In this document: piece after piece, positions 1 to 9,281 of the stretch
Layout: every line of letters begins with the position of its first letter
How positions within the stretch are numbered: the stretch's first letter is position 1
From: Candidatus Poribacteria bacterium
Lineage (GTDB): Bacteria; Poribacteria; WGA-4E; WGA-3G
Length of the DNA: 64,000 bases
Direction of reading: 5' to 3'
Assembly (NCBI GenBank): GCA_965205015.1
Contig: OZ242029.1
Span: forward strand, 4,992,001 to 5,056,000
Notes under the pieces: generated by a model
Seen by the model: only the letters and a program-made list of their open reading frames with translations
The model's database searches: none
What the model was told of the DNA's origin: nothing
Position numbers and translations under genes: made by a program

Positions 1-5
1 CGTGC

Positions 6-503
6 GTGGACACAATAGTCGCGAGCAAAGATTTGGAAATAACCCCACAGGCTCTTATCATCATTGGATCAATTTTGGAGGTTGGTATCACCTTTATTAT
101 CGCCACAATCCTCGCGATGCTGTTTTGGAACAGAGCGAATAAACTCAAGCCCCTTGATAAGGACCCGAATTTCATTTTAATATCTATTGCGGTTATCATG
201 GTCCAACTGTTTGGTGAAGTCAGTTTTCTCGTACTCATCGGGGTAGGTGTTCAAACATTGGTTGCTTCTATTTTCGGATCAGGTGCCCCGAATTTCGTGT
301 ATATGCTCATAGACGACTTGGACGTAAATTTTGACTTTACTGTAGGTATAGTGCTGTTTTTGCTGGCTGTTCTCTGCAGCCCAGCCTTATTGATTGTCGC
401 TTACTTCGCAGCAGAAAAGATCGATGTCAATGCCAATATAGCAGAGAGCCTCAATAACATAGAGGCGAAGTTGGTGTCTGAGGAACCTACTTCAGATTCA
501 TAA
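6..503 (+). CDS. hypothetical membrane protein (probably 5'-truncated by the window edge)
   Basis: ORF with 3-4 hydrophobic segments; the GTG start at position 6 may be internal. Confidence 0.6.
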   Translation: MDTIVASKDLEITPQALIIIGSILEVGITFIIATILAMLFWNRANKLKPLDKDPNFILISIAVIMVQLFGEVSFLVLIGVGVQTLVASIFGSGAPNFVYMLIDDLDVNFDFTVGIVLFLLAVLCSPALLIVAYFAAEKIDVNANIAESLNNIEAKLVSEEPTSDS

Positions 504-536
504 TCAATAGCCCTCGTTAGATGGAGGTTTTGAACG

Positions 537-1205
537 ATGTGCACGTATGTATTTTCACAACTCTCGGAAGAAACGCTCAAAACACTCGTAACGTTGAACG
601 AAACGTACATTGCTCCAGAGAAATGGGAGAAAATGCAAATTCCCCTCACCGCAGAGGAGCACAGGCGGCTTGACGATATCAAATCAACGCTGTACCATCG
701 GCATCTGGTCGTTATGAACGAGACGACGCTCTGGGCGCGTGCGATTTATCCGATGTTGGTACTTGCAGAACAAGGACATATTCAAGCGTGGAGTAGCGTA
801 CCGCTGAAAGCCTCATACTTAACGTTTGAATTGGAAGGCGAAGCGGATGGTGCCCTTGCGCCTTCCCTCGGTGGACGTGTCCGCCCCCCTTATCTCATCG
901 TGAATGAAGCAAAACGCGGTATTCATGCTCCTGATCCACAATTTCAACTCTACGGCGAAATGCTTGCCGCCGCATGGCTCAATTGGGAAAAAGACGCTAA
1001 TCCTGAACAAGAAGTTTTCGGGTGTTATACCGTCAATGACAGCTGGGCATTCGTGCGCGGTGTCGTCAGCGAGATTGAGACCGACAAACCAACGTTCACA
1101 CTTGATTTTTCGCCGGTATACAACGGAATATGGGATGCAGAACAGATCATTCAACTCCTGAAGTTTATCGTTGCGAAGCATTTGGAGGAGATAAAAAATG
1201 GCTGA
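537..1205 (+). CDS. hypothetical protein, PD-(D/E)xK nuclease-like fold
   Basis: GGAGG RBS at ~522; GEADG...IVNEAKRG...PQFQLYGEMLAA pattern resembles restriction-endonuclease-like hypothetical families. Confidence 0.55.
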   Translation: MCTYVFSQLSEETLKTLVTLNETYIAPEKWEKMQIPLTAEEHRRLDDIKSTLYHRHLVVMNETTLWARAIYPMLVLAEQGHIQAWSSVPLKASYLTFELEGEADGALAPSLGGRVRPPYLIVNEAKRGIHAPDPQFQLYGEMLAAAWLNWEKDANPEQEVFGCYTVNDSWAFVRGVVSEIETDKPTFTLDFSPVYNGIWDAEQIIQLLKFIVAKHLEEIKNG

Positions 1206-3204
1206 ACAACATTACGAACTCGCCCATGTTTTTGCTAAGACTTCACAGCGTGTCAACGACGCACGCGGCGGCACGTCACGCGACCTCAACACCCCCTACA
1301 CTTTCCCCGGCTATACCAAAGCGGAATGGACCGAAAAAGCCGAAGCCTTACGTCAGCAGATTCGCGTGGCTAACGGTTTAATTCCAATACACGCACCGAC
1401 ACCGCTCAATGCCGAGATCTTTGGGAAAATTGAACGAGACGATTACACCATCGAAAAAGTCCACTTTGAACCGTTCCCCGGCTTCTTCACGACCGGAAAT
1501 TTGTACCGTCCATTAGGGAAACAGGGACCTTTTCCTGGGATTGTGAGTCCACACGGGCACTGGGGACGCGGGAGACTGGAGAATATCGAGCGGGGTTCAA
1601 TCCCCGGTCGTTGTATCAATTTCGCTAAGCAGGGTTACGTCATTTTTGCCTACGATATGCTCGGCTATAACGACAGTGGTAAACAGATAGAACACGGTTA
1701 CGGCGGCGCGTATGAAGAGCTGTGGGGACTCAGTGCGATGGGACTTCAGCTCCAGAACAGCATCCGTTCCATCGACTTTTTAGAGAGCCTGCCAGATGTG
1801 GATAATGAACGTATTGGGTGTACAGGCGCATCAGGCGGCGGCACACAGACCTTTATATTGACGGCAATTGATGAACGCATTAAGGTCTCGGCACCCGTCA
1901 ATATGATCTCAGCCACGATGCAAGGCGGCTGCATCTGTGAAAACGCCCCGAACCTGCGCTTAGATGTAAGCAATATTGAGATCGGCGCACTGATGGCCCC
2001 ACGTCCCCTCCTACTTGTGTCCGCGACAGGCGATTGGACAGTGAATACACCGACGGTTGAATACCCAGCCATCCGAAGCATCTATGCACACTTCGACGCA
2101 GAAGAGAGGGTACACCAAGTTCAGGTAGACGCAGAACATAACTATAATAAGGAAAGCCGCGAAGCGGTCTATGCCTGGTTTGCTAAATGGTTTTTGGGAG
2201 TAGAGGACACTTCGGCGTTTAAAGAGGTTGCATTTCAGGTTGAGCCAGATGAGGCCCTGCTGGTTTTCTCGGAACGCGATCTACCCCCGTACGCCCTGAA
2301 ACAGGACAAGTTTCTACCGGCTTGGATGAACAGATCCCAACAGGCGATCGAAAAAGTGAAGCCGACGAACGAAACAGAACTCCAAACATTTCGGGAAGAA
2401 ATGGGGAATGCGTTAGAACACGCTCTCGGATTAAACATCCCAAAAAGCACGGATGTAACGCTTGTTGAACCAGAGGACGCGTTTCCGACAACTTACCATG
2501 CGAATTTATCCGCGAGACACCTTGTCATCGGTAGAAAGGGTATGGGGGACGCCATCCCTTCCGTCCTATTTAGCTCAGAACCGCAAGTCGGACACGCTCC
2601 GGTAACGCTCATTGTTCATCCAGAGGGTAAGGCGAAGTTAATCAATCCAGAGACAGGCGAACCTTCTTCGCTGATCACGGATTTACTCGGTGCTAACCAG
2701 AAAGTATTGAGTATTGATGTTTTTGGGACGGGTGAGCATAGCGACTATGAGAGATCGGAAGATACCAACTACTTCACCACATATAACCGAACAACGGCAG
2801 CCCTACGCGTGCAAGATATTGTAACGGCACTGCACTGCTTCACAGACAGGGGCTATGTTTCAGAGGTGAACCTGATCGGGATAGGTGAAGCAGGATTGTG
2901 GAGTTTACTGGCAGCGGCATTTACGGACGTCAAAAACATCGTTGTGGATGCAGCACAATATGCGCTTGACAGTGACGCGGCGTTCTTGGAAACCTTACCG
3001 ATCCCGAGTATCCGTCGCGTAGGTGATCTTCGGACAGCCGGAACACTTGTCGCACCCCGACCGCTGACTATCCACAATACCGGTGATGTGTTTGATACAG
3101 GATGGATTGCTGAGGTCTACGGAAACATTGAGGCAAGCCAGTACTTACTTGTTGAAAAAGACAAGTTTTCCGATGAAGAGATCATTACACAGGTGATTGG
3201 GTAG
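1198..3204 (+). CDS. alpha/beta hydrolase, acetylxylan esterase-like, two hydrolase-fold domains
   Basis: Nucleophile elbow GCTGASGGG, PHGH motif, D/H candidates (GDWT, EHNY); second domain has a degenerate GIGEAG. Confidence 0.8.
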   Translation: MAEQHYELAHVFAKTSQRVNDARGGTSRDLNTPYTFPGYTKAEWTEKAEALRQQIRVANGLIPIHAPTPLNAEIFGKIERDDYTIEKVHFEPFPGFFTTGNLYRPLGKQGPFPGIVSPHGHWGRGRLENIERGSIPGRCINFAKQGYVIFAYDMLGYNDSGKQIEHGYGGAYEELWGLSAMGLQLQNSIRSIDFLESLPDVDNERIGCTGASGGGTQTFILTAIDERIKVSAPVNMISATMQGGCICENAPNLRLDVSNIEIGALMAPRPLLLVSATGDWTVNTPTVEYPAIRSIYAHFDAEERVHQVQVDAEHNYNKESREAVYAWFAKWFLGVEDTSAFKEVAFQVEPDEALLVFSERDLPPYALKQDKFLPAWMNRSQQAIEKVKPTNETELQTFREEMGNALEHALGLNIPKSTDVTLVEPEDAFPTTYHANLSARHLVIGRKGMGDAIPSVLFSSEPQVGHAPVTLIVHPEGKAKLINPETGEPSSLITDLLGANQKVLSIDVFGTGEHSDYERSEDTNYFTTYNRTTAALRVQDIVTALHCFTDRGYVSEVNLIGIGEAGLWSLLAAAFTDVKNIVVDAAQYALDSDAAFLETLPIPSIRRVGDLRTAGTLVAPRPLTIHNTGDVFDTGWIAEVYGNIEASQYLLVEKDKFSDEEIITQVIG

Positions 3205-3377
3205 AGAAAAATTGGGCGGACACAAGGTCCGCCCTTACATTTGTGCGTGCGGTTCACCGACATAAAAAAAAGAGCTCGGTAAGGTTGTTTGACGCTCGAT
3301 GCGGTTGGGGTGAAAGACCCTACCGAGTCTAAGGCAGTGAATTACCGAAACCACGCGACATCGGAAAGTGGACGCCT

Positions 3378-4751
3378 CTATGAGAGGTTGTATCCACGTT
3401 CGTTGTGTTGCGACAGATCGAGCCCTTGACGTTCCTCATCCTCTTCAACGCGTAAGCCGACCGTGGCATCCACAATTTTGAGAATAATAAACGAAAGCAC
3501 ACCACTCCAAACAATGGTAACAATGATACTGAGCAGTTGCGCCCACACCTGCGTTCCTATTGTCATACCGTCCGCTAATCCAACACCCCCTAAGCCATCG
3601 GCGACAAAAACGCCAGTCAACAAGGCACCGACAATTCCACCGATACCGTGAACACCGAATGCATCCAGGGAATCGTCATAACCGAGTTGTGTCTTCAGGC
3701 TGGTGGCACCCCAGAAACAGACAACACCGGAGACGATGCCGATAACAAGCGCGCCCATCGGTCCTACAGAGCCTGAGGCAGGGGTAATCGCGACCAATCC
3801 AGCCACTGCTCCTGTTACAATCCCCAAAGCACTCGGTTTGCCGTGTTTCGCCCATTCCACAAACATCCACGCAATAGCGGCGGTAGCAGTTGAAATCTGG
3901 GTAACGAGCATTGCCATGCCAGCGGCACCATCAGCAGCCACAGCACTACCCGCATTGAAGCCAAACCAACCCACCCAGAGCATCGAAGCCCCAACGACGG
4001 TGAGTGTCAAACTGTGTGGTGGCATCGGTGTTGTCTGGTAGCCGATCCGTTTGCCGACTAATATCGCAGCGACTAACGCTGCGATACCTGCGTTAATATG
4101 CACAACGGTTCCACCCGCGAAATCAAGCGCGCCGATAATATCGCCAAATAACGAACCATCCCCCGACCATGCCATGTGACAGAGCGGTGCGTAGACAATT
4201 ATCGACCACAGAACAGAGAAGATTAACATCGCCGAGAACTTCATCCGCTCCGCGAATGCGCCAGCGATGAGTGCGGGTGTAATAATCGCAAATGTCAACT
4301 GGAAGGTAATAAAAACGGTCTCGGGGATAGTCCCAGAAAGGGTGTCCACGCCGATACCCCGTAAAAACATGGTTCCGAGTCCACCGACAAAAGAGGTAAG
4401 CGTGACTTTCCCTGCCTCCATACCGGCGGTGTTAAAGGCAAGGCTGTAGCCACAGATAACCCAGATAATAGTAATCAACCCTGTCAATGCAAAACATTGC
4501 ATAAGCACAGAGAGGACATTTTGGACGCGCACGAGCCCGCCGTAGAAGAGCGCAAGCCCCGGAATCGTCATAAAGAGCACAAGGGCAGTTGACGTTAACA
4601 TCCAAGCAGTATCCCCTGAATCAGGGGCAGTTGCCTCTTGTGCCATCGCTAAACTTGGCAGACCACACAGCAATAAAATAACAATTAGCGTTCTAATTCG
4701 TGTATAACCAGATCGCTCCTTTGTAGATGGTGATGCACATCGTTGTTGCAT
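3378..4751 (-). CDS. amtB: ammonium transporter, AmtB/Mep type
   Basis: PGLALFYGG, DFAGGTVVH, GWFGFNAGS, DAFGVHG (both pore His present); start moved to ATG at 4751 behind a GGAGG RBS. Confidence 0.95.
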   Translation of the reverse strand: MQQRCASPSTKERSGYTRIRTLIVILLLCGLPSLAMAQEATAPDSGDTAWMLTSTALVLFMTIPGLALFYGGLVRVQNVLSVLMQCFALTGLITIIWVICGYSLAFNTAGMEAGKVTLTSFVGGLGTMFLRGIGVDTLSGTIPETVFITFQLTFAIITPALIAGAFAERMKFSAMLIFSVLWSIIVYAPLCHMAWSGDGSLFGDIIGALDFAGGTVVHINAGIAALVAAILVGKRIGYQTTPMPPHSLTLTVVGASMLWVGWFGFNAGSAVAADGAAGMAMLVTQISTATAAIAWMFVEWAKHGKPSALGIVTGAVAGLVAITPASGSVGPMGALVIGIVSGVVCFWGATSLKTQLGYDDSLDAFGVHGIGGIVGALLTGVFVADGLGGVGLADGMTIGTQVWAQLLSIIVTIVWSGVLSFIILKIVDATVGLRVEEDEERQGLDLSQHNERGYNLS

Positions 4752-4940
4752 CTGTATCCTCCATTCGATGAGTCTCGCAAGCCAAGGCTTGCTTTCAGTA
4801 CAAGCAGATGTCGCTTGTTTTTTTGTTGCTCTAAGGTAGACAACTTTGTCTACCGTTTCCATTTTTGTAGGGACAGGTAGTTGTGTCCCACTAACCGTTT
4901 CTTGAAAGAGAACCTCATTCGCAGAAGTTGTTGATTTAGC

Positions 4941-4969
4941 ATTTTATCAGAATATCATAATAGTATCAA
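4941..4969 (-). promoter_or_regulatory. putative sigma70 promoter for amtB
   Basis: TTGATA-N17-TAAAAT with extended -10 TG on the minus strand. Confidence 0.55.
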
Positions 4970-5002
4970 ATTTTTAATTTTACCTTGCGGTTAAATGGTA
5001 GA

Positions 5003-5073
5003 TAAAAAAAGTGGAACGTCCACAGAACGTGAAGTAACTCAGGGATATAAGTGAAACTTCGTGTGGACGTTCC
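5003..5073 (-). terminator. putative intrinsic terminator / long hairpin between the two amt genes
   Basis: 12-bp inverted repeat GGAACGTCCACA (5013-5024) / TGTGGACGTTCC (5062-5073), followed by a T7 tract on the minus strand. Confidence 0.5.
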
Positions 5074-5127
5074 TATTCGGTTTTCAGTCTCCGTCTTATT
5101 TGGAGCGAAGACTATATCGCAATATAT

Positions 5128-6465
5128 TTAACGCATCGAGGAAACATTAAAGTCAGGATAAGCACTTGCGCCGTGTTCTTCGTAGTCCAGTCCTGTTTGT
5201 TCTTCCTCTTCACTCACCCGTAAACCTGTAACAGCCTTAATTCCGTAGAACAGAATAAAGCCAGTAACGAGGCACCATGCGAGAACGGCAACGACACCGA
5301 CGATTTGTGCCCAGAGGAGTGTAAATCCTCCACCGAAGAAAAGGCCACTTGAGCTGTCGAAAAATCCGAGGAGAATTGTACCTAAGGCACCACACGTTCC
5401 ATGTACGGAGATGGCACCGACCGGGTCATCAATGCGGAGTTTCTCAAACAACAGAACACTCAGAACAACAACAATACCACCGAGCGCGCCAATAATCGCG
5501 GCGGATACTGGATTCACAGACGCACAACCGGCAGTAATTGCTACCAATCCAGCGAGTGCACCGTTGAGCGACATACCAGCATCGGGTTTGCCAAGAAAAA
5601 TCCACGCGGTAATCATAGCAGTAATTGCACCTGCGGCAGCAGCGAGGTTCGTGGTTACGGCAATACCGGAAATTTCAGCGGCATCGGCACCCATTTGACT
5701 CCCGGGATTAAATCCGAACCAACCGAGCCATAAGATAAAGACCCCGAGTGCAGCGAGCGGGAGATTGTGCCCAGCAATCGGTCGTGGATTTCCATCGCTA
5801 TCGTATTTACCGGCACGGGGACCTAAGACAACAGCACCCGTCAGTGCGAGCCAACCACCGGTTGAGTGAACGACTGTAGATCCTGCGAAATCTGACATAC
5901 CAAAGTCTGATAGCCAACCCCCACCCCAAATCCAGTGTCCAACAACAGGGTAGATGATACCGGTGATGAAGACGCTGTAAATCAGGTAGCTTTTGAACTG
6001 TGTCCGTTCCGCCATTGCACCGGAAACGATAGTTGCGGCGGTTGCGGCGAACACCAATTGGAAGAGCCATGCGGCGTGTGTCGGGACAGAACTCCACTCT
6101 AACGAGGTAAAGGCACTCGAATCAGCGGGAACGAACCATCCGCTTGTTCCCATGAAGGCGTTACCAACACCGAACATAATGGCGAAACCGATTGCCCAAT
6201 AAGCAATTGAACCCATTGAGAAGTCCAGCAAGTTTTTCATTAGAATGTTAACAGCGTTCTTGGCACGGGTGAAGCCAGACTCCACCATAGCGAACCCTGC
6301 CTGCATAAAGAAAACCAGAAATGCAGCGACGAGCACCCACAATGTGTCTGCCATATACTTTGCGTCAGAAACCTTCTCACCTTCAATGGATCCGTTTAAG
6401 GCGAAAACGTTCAGGCTCAGCAAACATGTGAGTACCAAAACTGTTATGATAATCTTACTTTTCAT
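5128..6465 (-). CDS. amt: ammonium transporter, Amt1-like subfamily
   Basis: FFMQAGFAMVESG, IVSGAMAER, DFAGSTVVH, GWFGFNPGS, AISVHG; signal-like N-terminus; AAGGAG RBS. Confidence 0.95.
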   Translation of the reverse strand: MKSKIIITVLVLTCLLSLNVFALNGSIEGEKVSDAKYMADTLWVLVAAFLVFFMQAGFAMVESGFTRAKNAVNILMKNLLDFSMGSIAYWAIGFAIMFGVGNAFMGTSGWFVPADSSAFTSLEWSSVPTHAAWLFQLVFAATAATIVSGAMAERTQFKSYLIYSVFITGIIYPVVGHWIWGGGWLSDFGMSDFAGSTVVHSTGGWLALTGAVVLGPRAGKYDSDGNPRPIAGHNLPLAALGVFILWLGWFGFNPGSQMGADAAEISGIAVTTNLAAAAGAITAMITAWIFLGKPDAGMSLNGALAGLVAITAGCASVNPVSAAIIGALGGIVVVLSVLLFEKLRIDDPVGAISVHGTCGALGTILLGFFDSSSGLFFGGGFTLLWAQIVGVVAVLAWCLVTGFILFYGIKAVTGLRVSEEEEQTGLDYEEHGASAYPDFNVSSMR

Positions 6466-6487
6466 GCGAAATATCTCCTTGTAGAAC

Positions 6488-6580
6488 GGCAGTCAGTTAT
6501 CAGTTGTCAGCAGTCAGTGAAGAGAGACTGATATATCAAACGCCTCTTGTTACGCATAACTCATAACCAACAACTGATAG
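6488..6580. repeat. heptamer (CAGTTRT-like) short tandem repeats in inverted arrangement
   Basis: cagtcagttatcagttgtcagcagtcag ... ataactcataaccaacaactgatag; related arrays at 7572-7725, 10043-10100 and ~58517-58615. Confidence 0.6.
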
Positions 6581-6589
6581 TTTCCATCT

Positions 6590-7312
6590 TTACCAAGAAC
6601 GGACGAAAGTCATTCTGCCGGTGATCCCTGTTTCATCATCGCCTTTCTGGGTTTCAAATCCCACAAAGACGCCGAGGGTGTTATTTTCGCCATAGCCGAC
6701 ATTGGCACGGAGACCGGGGGCTAAACTACTGAGTCCGCCTTCGGTTAAATCAAGCGTCACCTCTACTTGGGGACCAACAGAGAGCGTGTCATTTAGCGAC
6801 AGCAGCACAAAATTGCGGAGGTAGAACGAATCGCCTGCTTCTTCATCAAACATAGAATTGAAGAACCCCTGTATCCATGACTCAAAGTAGATGGAACCCG
6901 CGGTGAGATAGGTAAACAACTGCGGTGCAATTAAGGAAGAAGGACCATTCGGGGCAGCGTAATCGAACCCAATACCGACCATTGGAAGGAAACTGAGGGA
7001 CAGGGAATCGCTGTCAACGACCGGAATGCCGATTCCGACGTCTAACTCACCGAATGTGTCAACGACGTAAATATCGGTGTCCAGAGAGAGATCGCCGAGG
7101 AAGCTTGGGGAATGACTGGCACCCACCCAGATCTGTGTTCCTAAACTATCTGTATCTGTCCGAAACCATCCGGAAACACCAGAAGTCTCTTCTTCTGCTG
7201 CCATCTCTTCACCCGCTTCATGCGCATCTGCATAAACCATTGAAATACTACCAACTGCAAAAATACAAACCATTACTAACAAACGAACCAACCAAAACGC
7301 ATGCGTTTTCAT
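6590..7312 (-). CDS. putative outer-membrane beta-barrel protein (paralog A)
   Basis: Signal peptide ending VYA-DAH, alternating amphipathic strands, C-terminal aromatic (MTFVRSW); AAGGAG RBS; similar to 9282-10022. Confidence 0.65.
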   Translation of the reverse strand: MKTHAFWLVRLLVMVCIFAVGSISMVYADAHEAGEEMAAEEETSGVSGWFRTDTDSLGTQIWVGASHSPSFLGDLSLDTDIYVVDTFGELDVGIGIPVVDSDSLSLSFLPMVGIGFDYAAPNGPSSLIAPQLFTYLTAGSIYFESWIQGFFNSMFDEEAGDSFYLRNFVLLSLNDTLSVGPQVEVTLDLTEGGLSSLAPGLRANVGYGENNTLGVFVGFETQKGDDETGITGRMTFVRSW

Positions 7313-7430
7313 CAAAAACTCCTTTATACGCGTTTTGAAACGCGCCTACAAGATTACACTTTAAATTTGAGCAACGCACTCTCACGGTGCGATCATGTCA
7401 GTCTGCGGTTTTCATAGAGAAAGAGCCCGC

Positions 7431-7459
7431 TTGACTTCAGCATAAATTTGTGATATAGT
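7431..7459 (+). promoter_or_regulatory. putative sigma70 promoter facing the GT-C gene
   Basis: TTGACT-N17-TATAGT with extended TG. Confidence 0.5.
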
Positions 7460-7551
7460 GATTTTGCCTGTCTTTTTCGATAAAAGGGGACAGGCGTTTA
7501 TCGTAAAGACGAGGTAACCGCGCCCCTACGGTTGCACCTATTTCCGTTTAA

Positions 7552-7568
7552 AGCAAAAGGCGTGCCAA
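7552..7568 (-). promoter_or_regulatory. sigma54 (-24/-12) promoter
   Basis: Minus strand reads TTGGCACGCCTTTTGCT, matching consensus TGGCACG-N4-TTGC, upstream of the barrel-amt genes. Confidence 0.85.
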
Positions 7569-7733
7569 TTAATAGTTATCGGTCGTCAGTGCATTCGCTT
7601 CGCTCATTTTCAGTTGTCAGTAATCTAAACACCACAAGCATTTAACCGATAATAGATAATGAATAACTCTTGCTGTTAGGTAAACTTTTAAAACTGATAA
7701 CCGACAACTGATAACTGACAACTCTTAAAAAAA

Positions 7734-7773
7734 TGCTGAAATTTTCAACAAAACATTGCCCAAAAAAGATGCA
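7734..7773. promoter_or_regulatory. tandem putative NtrC-type enhancer sites
   Basis: TGCTGAAATTTTCAACA (7734-7750) and TGCCCAAAAAAGATGCA (7757-7773); TGC-N11-(G/A)CA, ~170-205 bp upstream of the -24 box. Confidence 0.45.
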
Positions 7774-9139
7774 AATCGTGCTTTTGAGCGGTGTTGTACT
7801 GTTCGGAACAGCACTCCGATTTTGGAACTTAGGGCAGTGGAGTTTCTGGATTGATGAGGTTTTCACCGTTCGAGACGCCCAACACCTTTCAGTCGAAAGT
7901 TGGCGAGTGATCCCAAACCCGCTTCCGTATCTTGCGGTGAAGTTATCAACCTCAATTGCTGGCAGTCGTGAGTGGGGGGCGCGTTTAATTTCGTGCCTGG
8001 TCGGCATCGCCTCCATTCCGATGGCTTTTGGGTTAGGCCGAACCCTCTTCAATTGGCGGATCGGACTCCTGAGTAGCGCATTTGTGGCATGCTCCAGTTG
8101 GCATCTGTTTTGGGCACAAAATGCGCGTTATCCAGTCTTTACCTTTTTCTTTGGTGTCCTGACAGCGTGGTTTTTTTACACATCCCTTGAACGCGATTCA
8201 ACACTTTTAACCATAGGTGCGCTCGTTTCCTGTTTCTGTTTAATCCTTTCGCACACCCTCGCCGTTGTGATCGTTCCGGCATTCGCTGCGTATGCCGTGA
8301 TGTGTCTATTAGAAAAATCTGACAGAAAGCGGTGGCTGAATCTTCTCATCTTCTTTATCCCCTTCGCGCTGCCGGTGCTTGCATTAGCACTTCCACAAGC
8401 TCGAGGTTACCTGTTCTCCGGATGGGGCCGCAACGTATGGCAGCGGAGTCCACTCTATATCGTGCTAACACTCGTCCAAGGCGTGAGTATTCCAGTCGCT
8501 GTTACCGCTTTTTTCGCTCCCATCGCGACGCGATTCAACAAAGCCACGCTCTTCTTACTCTGTTATGCGGGGGTACCGCTGATCCTTTTTCTGATCGCAT
8601 CGCAGCTCCAAAACGTCGCCGGTTATTACCTATTTTGGACGATACCTGCCTACTTTATTCTGGCAGGCGTTGCGTGTGAACGGGTTTGGCAAGTAATAGA
8701 AGGTAGGTCTGGAAGAATACTCGGTATGCTCGTGCCGTGCGTACTGCTGGTGACGCTCCTGTCGCAGGACTATCTCTATTTCAAAATCGAAAATGGTGGG
8801 AGACCGAAATGGCGGGAGGCGTTTGAAGTCGTACAAGTAGAGAAGAAACCTACCGATAAAGTGGTACTCTCAGAACCTGAGATGGGTAGGTATTATCTGC
8901 CAGAATTGACCCCGATCTACATCGGGGGGTTATTAGAGGATTCGGAAGCGTTTGAAAGGGAGTGGGAAACTTCGGGAAGAGAACGGTTATGGTTTCTTGT
9001 AGATGTGGCGAGTTTTAATGTCTTCGATGGAAATGAAAACGTCCGCAATTGGATTCGTCAACGCGGACATATCGTAAAAACACTGCCTGCCTTTTCACGG
9101 GCGAAAGACAGGACAATTCATGTGTATCTGTTGGAATAG
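7769..9139 (+). CDS. GT-C fold membrane glycosyltransferase (PMT/ArnT-like, family 39/83)
   Basis: LRFWNLGQWSFWIDE, P.PY, EWGARL, AQNARY motifs; many TM helices; start uncertain (7733 or 7769). Confidence 0.8.
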   Translation: MQIVLLSGVVLFGTALRFWNLGQWSFWIDEVFTVRDAQHLSVESWRVIPNPLPYLAVKLSTSIAGSREWGARLISCLVGIASIPMAFGLGRTLFNWRIGLLSSAFVACSSWHLFWAQNARYPVFTFFFGVLTAWFFYTSLERDSTLLTIGALVSCFCLILSHTLAVVIVPAFAAYAVMCLLEKSDRKRWLNLLIFFIPFALPVLALALPQARGYLFSGWGRNVWQRSPLYIVLTLVQGVSIPVAVTAFFAPIATRFNKATLFLLCYAGVPLILFLIASQLQNVAGYYLFWTIPAYFILAGVACERVWQVIEGRSGRILGMLVPCVLLVTLLSQDYLYFKIENGGRPKWREAFEVVQVEKKPTDKVVLSEPEMGRYYLPELTPIYIGGLLEDSEAFEREWETSGRERLWFLVDVASFNVFDGNENVRNWIRQRGHIVKTLPAFSRAKDRTIHVYLLE

Positions 9140-9281
9140 CATAACCGAAGTCTGAATCGCGGATTACACAGATGACACGAATTTTAAAAGGCGCGTTTCC
9201 TATCTGCTTGAAACGCGCCCCTATACATAGGGAGAACGATCTCTCGACCGCGATGCTTTAGCATCTGAAGGAAAAAGGGTG

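Noticed and set aside
4752-4862. N-terminal 37-aa extension of AmtB in the ORF track
   Set aside because: Runs through hairpin repeats; a better RBS and ATG lie at 4751
7642-8052. Minus-strand 136-aa ORF
   Set aside because: Antisense to the GT-C gene; its tail is translated heptamer repeat (SYQLSVIS)
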